A stretch of 64,000 bases of DNA from Octopus vulgaris. Taxonomy: Eukaryota. Positions within the stretch are counted from its first letter, which is position 1. Each line of letters starts with the position of its first letter. Shown in pieces: positions 54,067-64,000 of the stretch. The translations under genes were made by a program, and so were the position numbers. The notes below the pieces were generated by a model. That model did not search any database. It was not told where the DNA came from and saw only the letters and a program-made list of their open reading frames with translations. The stretch is from contig OX597817.1 of assembly GCA_951406725.2 (NCBI GenBank), forward strand, positions 141,608,001 to 141,672,000, given 5' to 3'.

Positions 54067-54640
54067 TCACGTGTACATGTATACGTATATGCTTGTGCTT
54101 GCTTATACTGCGTTTCTTGATTTATATAATTACGCCTATTCTCCTAATATACATATTAAAATAAGTCTATGTATCAATAAATATATATATATATATATAT
54201 ATTCGTGTGTATACGCATGTAAGTGTATGTATTTATGTATGTCTCTACCGCACGTCTTCATTTACATAAATATACTTATTCTCCTTCAGTAACTATCTGA
54301 AAAATTATATCAAAAAATTCAAATATTACTTCGCTTCGTTTACCCGATTAATTTCTGATCTAACCCCTCTCCAGCTTTCTTTCTCATTATCTCACTCTCT
54401 CTCACACATACTCTCACTCTCACTCTCTGCTGTTTCTTTTAGTCTTCCTCCTCCTCTCTCTTTTATATATACATACATACATATGTATTTATATATAAAT
54501 CAATAGATATATATACATATATATATATACATATATAATTATATAAATATATATATATATACACACACATAGATATACAAAAACTAATATAGATGCATAT
54601 ACACGTATATATATATATATATATATATACATACATACAC

Positions 54641-54689
<49 letters not shown>

Positions 54690-54692
54690 CAC

Positions 54693-54731
<39 letters not shown>

Positions 54732-54834
54732 GGAGTAGACACATAAATGTGAAACAAGGTGGAAAAAAAGAGTACTCAAATACCAGTGGTAGAGTAATAT
54801 GCTTTATTTAAAGCAGCAGAAAATTCAACAAAAT

Positions 54835-54872
54835 CTGTTATTCTGAGTTTCTCGTTGCCGTTCATCAGACAG
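54835..54872 (-). ncRNA. Minimal type-I hammerhead ribozyme motif
   Basis: ctgt-CTGATGA-a-cg-gcaa-cg-a-GAAA-ctcagaa-TA-acag. Confidence 0.65.
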
Positions 54873-55779
54873 TTTTTGTTAGAATGAAACCGATATATCA
54901 ATTCAATCCAGACTCTTACAAACGCTACACCTTTAAAAAATGGACTTGTTTGATTGGCCCTTTAGAAATAACGGTCAATCTTCGAGCGATAAACAAAAAA
55001 AATGAGCTCAAAAATATATATGTAAATATATATAAAAAAAATTATAAAAATTATAAAATTCGAGGAAAAACCTTACATTGAATAAAATACATATTGACGT
55101 TAATGAAGGAAATATAATTAATACATGGAAATTAAAATGCATTATAAATATTACACTGCAATTCATATTCATATTAAAGTGTACATATATATTTATCAAC
55201 ACACACAGAAGGATGCGTGCAAACGACATACATATACAGACGTATAAATATAAATATAAAATATACACACAAATGCATGCATACATATGTATACGCAATC
55301 TATCTCGCACGCAAGTTAAAATCATGGATGCTAATGTAGCGTTCCTTATTTACGGAGCAAAGCTTAAGACATAAGTAAGTGAGGGGGACGTAAAGTTGTA
55401 TGCACCAGTATCAGTTAGAGAAAAAAACGAAAGAAAGAAAGAGAGAGAGGAAGGAACGAAGAAGGGGAAGGAAAAAAGAAAAAGGAGGGGTGGGGGAAAA
55501 AACGAAATAAGAAAAATTATGTATACAAGCTGTGTAACCACGTTATTGACATATATAGAGAGACAAGTATTCAAACACACAAGTTCAAATTGATACATAC
55601 ACATACAGTCGTGTATGTGTGTGCTTAAGCACAAGCATACGCTCACTTACACATACACAGAGACGCATGCTTACAAATACAAATCCATGGCTATACACAT
55701 ATTTACATCAAAATTCTAATTTTTGACAACATTGATTTTTTAAAAAAAATGGTGAGTGCAATAATGAAAAATATACGAT

Positions 55780-56341
55780 AATGAAAAATAATATCAATTT
55801 CCGAGCTATCGATGCTGACATACTGCTTGGCGAAGTCCAATGCCCTTAGGAGTAACGTCCTAGATATTGACGGGTAAAAGTCAATAATTTCGAATTGTGT
55901 AAAACTGCAATTATTCTTATAGCTAATACCTTTAAACCACTCTGTGACTGACTTACTATTCTTCCAAATTCTCAAGTCTACTTCACTATCTAACTTAGCT
56001 AAAATACGGTCCAAAATATTTTTGCTAATAATTCCTATCTCAGTTTTAGCCGGATTTATCAATCTACATTTGGGGTTTCTATTAAAATTGGCTTTATGGT
56101 CTTTTATAGTAATAAAAGCTGGTCGTGGTGAAAGATATTCAATCCTATCGCTAATCTTAAGATCGTTATCTATTCCTCTTGCTTCTAAGTTCACCTCTTT
56201 GTATATATTTGTGTTATCTTTTTTGTATGTATCTGTGACACTATTCGAAATTAGGCGCTTATAAACGTCCTTATCAAGTGCATATAAGTTCCTTGTCTTA
56301 TCAGAATTAACGAAGATCTTATTCGAGTTGTTAGCCAGCTT
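55780..56341 (-). pseudogene. PLE reverse transcriptase N-terminal fragment (to motif A)
   Basis: SDKTRNLY, FITIKDHKANFNRNPKCRLINPAKTEIG, WKNSKSVTEWF, QFEIIDFYPSI. Confidence 0.85.
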
Positions 56342-57087
56342 AATGCTGATAATAATGCTGCACGAAGAACTAGGACCAGGAAAGTTTTGTGGTTCAACCC
56401 GGCTTTCAATTTGGCCGTAAAGACTAATATAGGTAAGGAATTTTGGAGATTAGTCTCTAAGTAGTTTAAGCAGGGCCATAAATTCTATAGGATATTTAAT
56501 AGAAGAACCCTGAAGGTTAGCTATTCTTGTTGCAGAAATTTCGCCTCTTACATTAGCCAGCATAGTAGGAATCTGATTGAAATTAAGCATGGTGCCGAGC
56601 CCATTAAGAAATGCAATTTCAAAAATGAAACTCCTGTCCGTTAGAAGGGAAATATCTAGTAAAAGGAGTAGTTTATAGAGCCAAGGTACAAATAGAAGGC
56701 TCATCGGAATACAAGACATATACAGGGGCTTCAGAAAATTCGTTTAAAACACGATTTTATTCGCATAAAAATTCATTTAGATACCCACAGAATAGGAAGA
56801 GGACCAGCCTAGCAAAATATGTCTGGGAACTAAAAGAAAAGGAAACCCCAACTTTCAACGTGACATGGAGCATTCTGGACAGAGCGGCACCATACAGGCA
56901 TGGAGCACACAGGAATAATTTTAAATGCAATCTTTGCCTATTAGAGAAACTGTATATTATATTCAAAGACAATAATTCTTTGAATCAAAGAAGTGAGCTG
57001 ATGAACTTATTTAGACACGCAACCAAATTTAAAATGTCAAATATAAATATATACCATATGGATAAAGTATATATTTTGTATTTTTGA
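56342..57087 (+). pseudogene. PLE C-terminal region: thumb, Cys linker, GIY-YIG endonuclease
   Basis: RKVLWFNPAF, KVSYSC, CPLEG..VVYRA..YTGASENSFKTRF, TSLAKYVWELK, CNLCLLEK, LNQRSEL; one stop and one frameshift. Confidence 0.85.
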
Positions 57088-57821
57088 TTTTTGAAATTTT
57101 GATTTTGACTCTTGGACTAGTATGTAAACGCGACGTTGGATTTGTTTCGCGCTATGCATATTTCATTCTGTATAGCAAAGTCTCATGCATATATTTTGTT
57201 TATTTTGTTTATATTTCTACATGTACCTTAGGAAAACCTTCATCTTTGTTTATTTCATGTTATTGTATTGTATAGGATTACTTTAATTTTTAATTTATAG
57301 ATGATCCAAAATAGGATGTTATATTTTATATTTCTTTCTTATATTTTTCATTATTGCACTCACCATTTTTTTAAAAAATCAATGTTGTCAAAAATTAGAA
57401 TTTTGATGTAAATATGTGTATAGCCATGGATTTGTATTTGTAAGCATGCGTCTCTGTGTATGTGTAAGTGAGCGTATGTTTGTGCTTAAGCACACACATA
57501 CACGACTGTATGTGTATGTATCAATTTGAACTTGTGTGTTTGTATACTTGTCTCTCTATATATCTCAATAACGTGGTTACACAGCTTGTATACATAATTT
57601 TTCTTATTTCGTTTTTTCCCCCACCCCTCCTTTTTCATATTTTTTTTATATATACAAGTATAAATATAATTAAGGATATAGCAACAAGTTGCTTCACCAC
57701 ATACCGACAATTTAGAAATAGCAGCCAAAGACAGCTAATTCCTTTTAACTACAAATATGACTCAACAGACACATAGGCAAAAAGAAGAAAAAAAACCGAA
57801 ATCAAACAGTCTACGATTAAT

Positions 57822-57875
57822 TATGTACGCGTTTCGGGATTAGAATTATAAAAATTCATTTCCTTCATCGGCATA
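57822..57875 (-). ncRNA. Hammerhead-like motif (core CCGAUGA)
   Basis: tatg-CCGATGA-a-gga...tcc-c-GAAA-cgcg-TA-cata; palindromic ACGCGT. Confidence 0.55.
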
Positions 57876-58273
57876 ATATTTCGGTTATTCACTCCCTGAT
57901 TATTTCCCTCCCTGATAATTTCACTCCCTGATAGCAAGCTACAGTTTTTTTTCTGCGGTACTATCTTGTAACGCACATGGTAGTCTTGGAGGGAAAATAT
58001 GAAATTACTCGTGTATATATATACACACCCACAGATATATATATATCATGATATATTTTAAGAGTACCTTAGATAACATCCACTATTTCACCATCAAAGC
58101 CAGGCTGGTGTATGAAATAACAAGTAGAAGCTAAAGGTACTTATCATATCAGATAATTATAATGAAATTAATAGAATCACAAACAACTTTTAGCGCATCA
58201 CCGAACGCCGTCTTTCCTTAAAGAGTCAAAATAATAAAAACGAAATACATACATACATACATACATACATACA

Positions 58274-58309
<36 letters not shown>

Positions 58310-58310
58310 T

Positions 58311-58354
<44 letters not shown>

Positions 58355-58745
58355 GTATGTATATATGTATTGTGGCAATGTGCAGATATTCGTCGTCCGC
58401 TAATTGGGTATTGTTATGATGTTTTTATGGTAATCTGATTTAATGCATTTTAATACTGTTGCACTCACTGCGCTTCGTTGCCTTGACAGGTAGATGAAAT
58501 ATATACATAATTAGGTTTTACGCATGTGCAGGTTTGCAGTATATGATTGGTTATATCTTTGCGTATATGGGAGACGAATTGATATGGTGTGTATGAAACG
58601 TAGATATCGTCTTTAGAGGGAATGTAAATTCGAAGTTATTACATTTCATCAAGCAGCTGATGAAAATATGTATGGTGTAGATACAAGATAGGAAAGCGTG
58701 GGAACACTGGGCGATGTCAGACATATGTATATATATATATATATA

Positions 58746-58789
<44 letters not shown>

Positions 58790-58909
58790 TATATGTACAC
58801 ACACACATATATATATCCCCCCAGTTGTAATTGTAGGATTAGATCAAAATGTCCGGTATCTGGTCGTTGTTCGGCCCAAAACGTAATTTATAAATACTAA
58901 ATAACTTCT

Positions 58910-59245
58910 AGCAATAGCTTTCTTTATTTCGGTTGTTCGGTGGATCTTAAAAGACGTCTTAACAATCATTTTTCCTCTTTTAGGCTCAAACACAAGGCAG
59001 GTTGCACAACACTATCTAGCAAAATTTGGGAACTAAAAACAAATAATATAGAATGCAACCTAAAATGGGATATAGTTAGAAGGGCGCAAAATTATAAAAA
59101 TTGTAGGGATTGTTGTCAACTTTGTTCTATGGAAAATTATGAAATTTTAAAACATCAGAGTAATACAAATCTGTTCAATAACCGTCTGGAGTTGGGATTA
59201 TCTTGTATACATTGCACAACCCGAACGTTTAAATACTTTAAATAA
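58910..59245 (+). pseudogene. PLE GIY-YIG endonuclease C-terminal fragment
   Basis: FYFGCSVDLKRRLNNHFSSF..TTLSSKIWELK..LKWDIV..CQLCSMENYEI..NNRLE; parallels 56720-57087. Confidence 0.8.
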
Positions 59246-59826
59246 TAATTTTGTGAGTATTCCTATATTTTTGAAATTTTAATTCTTTATAATCAAATAA
59301 TAAGAAATATACTATACTAGCTTTCAATTTAACATTCATAGATGACTGAAAAATCTTCACTGCAAACTTGAAATTTAAATTTTTTTCTAAAATTAATCTA
59401 GCTTTAAAATTAATAAGGCTTTCTCCCAGTTAAAAAGTACTATGCCTACTCATTATAATAAGTGATAGGTTTTTTCCCCTTTTTTCTCTAAATTACACTC
59501 ACTGTGAATGGGATTAGGACCATTTGACATTGACCTAGTTTCTCTCATCAAATAGTAGTAATTGGGATTTATTAGTGGCAATTGCTGTCTTCAACATGAA
59601 TTCCTTTTATGGAGTTCTGAAACCTCCATTTCTACAATTAAAAAATCTTTCTTGCTTCTAACCTTACAGCAGTCAGGAACAACCATATCTTAGTCAGTCA
59701 GTGGAAGGACTTCACTACCTCATATGTTCTTAAAATTTAAATCCACATCTTTGTCAGTATATCTACCTTCTCTATAATGTTGCCACTTGATTTGAAAATG
59801 TTTGTATTATTGGAAAACCTCTATAA

Positions 59827-59912
59827 TTGGCTGATGAGTACTCAGCGTCTTAAATCTGTTGTAATACTTACAACATTTAATAAAATGATGTAGTACGAAA
59901 CGATCGTACCAA
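59827..59912 (+). ncRNA. Type-I hammerhead ribozyme, best-conserved copy
   Basis: ttgg-CTGATGA-gtac...gtac-GAAA-cgatcg-TA-ccaa; all three stems pair; palindromic stem III ACGATCGT. Confidence 0.8.
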
Positions 59913-60499
59913 ATTACCGGAGTCATTCTTGTTGCTTATTTTGATTATATATATATATACGTACATATATAAATACATATGCATGTGTATCTATATAGAT
60001 CGATGTGCGTCTATAGGTGTATGTATGAACATGTGTGTATATAAATATGTGTGTGTATATGAGTGTACGTGTTTGTGTATGTGTGTGTGTCTGTGAGTGT
60101 GTATGTACATATATATGCATAAGACGCACGCACATATATGAATATATAGTTAGGAATGAGAATTAGACAGGAGTGGTAGATAAATAGAATGACAGATGTG
60201 TTTGTGTAGTACAAACATGTAGCTGTTACAGTTATACTGTAGGAAAACAGTAACTTTCTACATACTCCACAAAATGTATTATAAATATCTATAGCTAAAG
60301 ATGACACTTCAAATGTTGAAACCTCTGGAAAATCACAATCTCAAGTGTGGAAATTAAAAACAGAGAAGACGTAACATCATAATTAGATTGTTTGGAAGGG
60401 CAACTTTATTTTACTATTTGGAAGATAAAAATTATACGCGATATTGCATAATACAGCTTTGAAAAGAGTAATCTATTACATTTTTTAAAAATAAATAGC

Positions 60500-60703
60500 T
60501 GAACACAGAACGTAAAGACAGGCGAAATACCTATTTCTGCTTCTTTACTACCCACAAGTCGATTTTGCCTTTCATCCTTTCGGGGTCGATAAATTAAGTA
60601 CCAGTTACGCACTGGGGTCGATGTAATCGACTTAATCCGTTTGTCTGTCCTTGTTTGTCCCCTCTGTGTTTAGCCCCTTGTGGGTTGTAAAGAAATAGGT
60701 ATT
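60500..60703. mobile_element. SINE-B with inverted 5' segment
   Basis: 60500-60558 antisense, 60558-60703 sense. Confidence 0.8.
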
Positions 60704-63029
60704 AATTAAATTCGTTAATAGTAATGGTTTTAATTAGACTGCTATATAATGCAAATAAAATAAATGCAGGGATTTACTAGAATGTTTCTTAAAGGAACAC
60801 AATGATATTGTAATTGAGTATATCGTCTAGAGAAATTTCTGTAGAAATGATTTTGACGGAAGTACACTGGTATATTAGTTTCTGTTCGACCTGAGATCTA
60901 AAATAACAATAGGTTTAGAGCCAGTACTCAACGGAACTAAATAATATTTAAACTACGATCTATATATCTCCGCATTCTGCTGTGTTTTCCAACACAATGC
61001 CTTGAATATATTGAACAATATAATTTAGACATATTGTCCAGAATTTTCATATTCTTCATTGTCTTGCCTAGATAGACTGAAATAATAGAAGCGAAGTTTG
61101 GCTATATCAACACACTTCTCTTTATATTTACATTTTTATTTTGATCGGTGGAAATGCAGACTTTGTGTAGCTTTCGATCGGAACCGGATTTTCCTTTCAT
61201 TTTGTCTTATGCTGTGTTTACTAATAGCTTTACTAATAGTTTATTGAAGTTGTTTCCAGTGACCACAATCTTTTTCTATTGTATCTTGCTGTGTATCTGT
61301 ACGAGAAATCATTATTTAATTGGTAATCTTACAAGCAACTCGATTGCAGATGTAATACGAAGCATGTTTATAGTTTGGTAATTCATGTAAGCCATATACT
61401 TCAAGGAAATAGTCAATCCCTGAGTTGAATCTTTAAATGAATGTATCATATGTGACATTGATCATGGTGAATACTTTTTAGTCGAAATAAGCTTATTTTT
61501 ATTATTTGCTGTTTTCATTCCAGAAATGATTTTTATTCAATGTATAACATTCGATTAAAATAGCAAATACTCAAATGCATTAATAACGTAGATAGGGGAG
61601 GAGATAATGCAAGTTGAATCTTGATGAGTCCGGCATAAAATTAAGGATAGTATGCATATGATCGGATGCAAAACTTACTGCTATTTCTAACAGTTTATTT
61701 TAGAGCGCAGAGGTTCCTGCACTGATTTGAAGATCATTGATATTTCATGAATGTTGTATGAAATGGTGGATGCTGTAAATGTCAACGCTGCCAACATTCT
61801 GAGAGAATGTTATTTCAGCATTTACAAGGCATTCAATAACGAATCACTGATTATATAAGTGATGTTGGCGCATTTATTACAGCTTTATAGCAACAGCTGA
61901 TGGCATTCACATTAATATTTCATCGTATGTAATGTACGCCGATGTGTTTCCCATCAGTACTGTTAGCTTTGGTTGTGATGTCCATTGAGAGAAGAAAACA
62001 AATGACAGATTTTTTTTGTTACTTTATATATAAATCTGGCAACAATAATATTCACATCCGTAGGAATCTGTGTCAGTAAATTAATATTAAATACTTTAAG
62101 AGAGATTTTTTGTATCTTAAAACCTGAAGAAATAAAACAGAATATTTATTGTTATTTACCTCTTCAATGTGATTGATCTCATGCATCACCGGACCGAGTT
62201 TTATATGAAACAAGTGAATACAAAATGGCCGCATGTATCTGTATACGTTTGGGCCTATATTGTGCCTACGATTCAATGTTATGGGATTGCGTATGCGCTT
62301 TGTAACTTTATTACATTCAATTGTGTGTTATGTCAATACAGGCTGTTGAATATTGGTATCTTCTTTGCTGTTTACTCAATGTCCGTTTTACTATTCACAA
62401 GGCTCTGTTTATGATATTGATAATTTGTAACTATATTTTCCCCAAGATATTTTCCCCATCATACTAAATAAAAGCATTTTGATGAAGCTGCTACTCAAAT
62501 TCACAGATAGAAGTTGTCTTAGCAATATTTATTGTCATATCTTTTCAACTTTTGTATGACAATGATTTTGTCACCCTTGCTAAAGTCCAAGGACAAATAT
62601 TTATAAATCCTAGATAACAACATTCTTGTATTTAACATTTTCTGACCAGTAGAAAGGGATTGATGTCGTGATGTCTCATTGAGCAGAACAGCCAGACAGG
62701 ACATTTTCCAACGGAATTCCTTTTGACAAATATAGCGGGTATTGGTCCCGCTTCCTGGATAGCTCACAGATATAGTGAGACATCCAGAATGTTCCATAAA
62801 GAGAGGTATCCTCACAAACAACTGAATTGGAGAGTATTATTTTCATGAAGAATATAGCCTCGCTCTGTTAGTTTTTTGCACAAATTCAAAATCGCATTAA
62901 TCTCGTGTGAAACATCATTTCCCACAACGTGAAAGCTTCCACTCATCTTTCATCACACAGCAAATTTATATGTCTAAAACATATAACTACACCTCAGAAT
63001 ATAATGGTATGTATATGTTTCTACGAATA

Positions 63030-63560
63030 AAGGTTATTCGATAGGGTGCGTAGCCTTGAGATGAAGGAGTTTCTCCGGGGGCGTGGAACTGCTACGTATT
63101 TGCATTGAGTCATCACAGCACCTGCATTACGGATATGTGTTTACAATGTCGCAAGAAAGAATCACAAAACGGATTCTTCAAGCCGAGCCAACCGTCAGGA
63201 GACCGAGAAATCGACCAAGAACAAGATGTTTGAATAATATCTTATTCTTATTTCTTATTTCTTTACTGCCCACAAGGGGATACACACAGAGGGGACAAAC
63301 AAGGCAAGACAGGCGGATTAAGTCGATTATATCGACTCCAGTGTATAACTGGTACTTATTTAATCGACTCCGAAAGGATGAAAGGCAAAGTCGACCTCGG
63401 CGTAATTTGAACTCAGAACGTAGTGGCAGACGAAATATGCTATGCATTTCTCCCGGCGTGTTAACTTTTCTGCCAGCTCTCCACCTTTGAATAATATCCA
63501 TAGTGTCATTTGATCATGCTTGGGACTCCAGTTTCTGATAGCACCCTATGAAGAAGGTAG
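63030..63560 (+). pseudogene. RTE-like LINE 3' fragment interrupted by SINE-B
   Basis: SQHLHYGYVFTMSQERITKRILQAEPTVRRPRNRPRTRC resembles the RTE C-terminal QLRWxGHVxRM...RPRGRPRxRW motif. Confidence 0.6.
63242..63485 (-). mobile_element. SINE-B with 13-bp TSD
   Basis: tttgaataatatc at 63229-63241 and 63486-63498. Confidence 0.88.
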
Positions 63561-64000
63561 TTGATGAGACCACACACCACAGACATTAAAGGCTTAGTGG
63601 ACAGAAAATGTGATGGCTGGCTGGTTTGCTGGATGGATGAATAGATGGATGGACAAGTCAATTGTGATTATGACTGTATAGTTACCTTCTCTGTCAGCAT
63701 ATTATGCTGTTGTATGAACACAGACATCCTGTGTATATTCTTCATTTATTCACAATAATGGCACTTTATAGCCTCATTTCCATTTCTCATCGCAAGTAAA
63801 CATATCGATCTTTCAGTCTCTAATTCGACATAGATTCATTATTTCGTAGATTTACGACCTCCATAATGTTTATCCAACTAACTCCTCTATGGTGAGTAGA
63901 GCAATCTCTTGTAAGCCTAATAATATATAATTATTGCAAACTCATTGTAATTATCATACAATTAGGCTCTCGCTGCACAACAGGGATGTTTGTTCAGTTG

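Larger units (their letters stand above)
54731..57635. mobile_element. Rearranged Penelope-like element (Naiad-like by motif recall) with inverted 3' UTR copies 55480-55773 / 57342-57635
   Basis: RT fragment on -, thumb/GIY-YIG on +, hammerhead near the (TA)n end. Confidence 0.85.
58815..59946 (+). mobile_element. 5'-truncated Penelope-like element (GIY-YIG end + 3' region with hammerhead) between (TA)n tracts
   Basis: Coding remnant followed by a hammerhead and (TA)n. Confidence 0.8.

Noticed and set aside
61100-62900. Microsatellite-free stretch with short ORFs (e.g. 62519-62821)
   Set aside because: No recognisable domain or consistent frame; cannot be called without a homology search

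Overview
AT-rich, microsatellite-saturated eukaryotic DNA, most likely an intron or intergenic region of an octopus genome (inferred from the SINE families and repeat landscape, from memory). No intact host gene is evident, and nearly all ORF-track entries are translations of (TA)n/(CA)n/(TACA)n/triplet repeats. The window is dominated by mobile elements: three tRNA-derived SINE families, a 1,286-bp mariner with a broken transposase, a mariner fold-back MITE built from two 3' ends, a Tc1 fragment, decayed R4/RLE, CR1-like and RTE-like LINE pieces, and Penelope-like (PLE) RT and GIY-YIG remnants. Two systems stand out. (1) A ~2.3-kb retroelement family encoding only an L1/Tx1-type ORF1 (CCHC) is present twice (13675-15910, 51199-53634). 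Both copies sit at the same nucleotide of the tRNA head of the same SINE family with 15-bp target duplications, which suggests a SINE-targeting, HAL1-like non-autonomous LINE. (2) More than a dozen type-I hammerhead-ribozyme motifs lie in (TA)n-embedded PLE-derived elements, several forming fold-back (inverted) structures with a shared tailed-arm/untailed-arm geometry. Repeat boundaries were set by eye and family names come from motif recall, not database searches.
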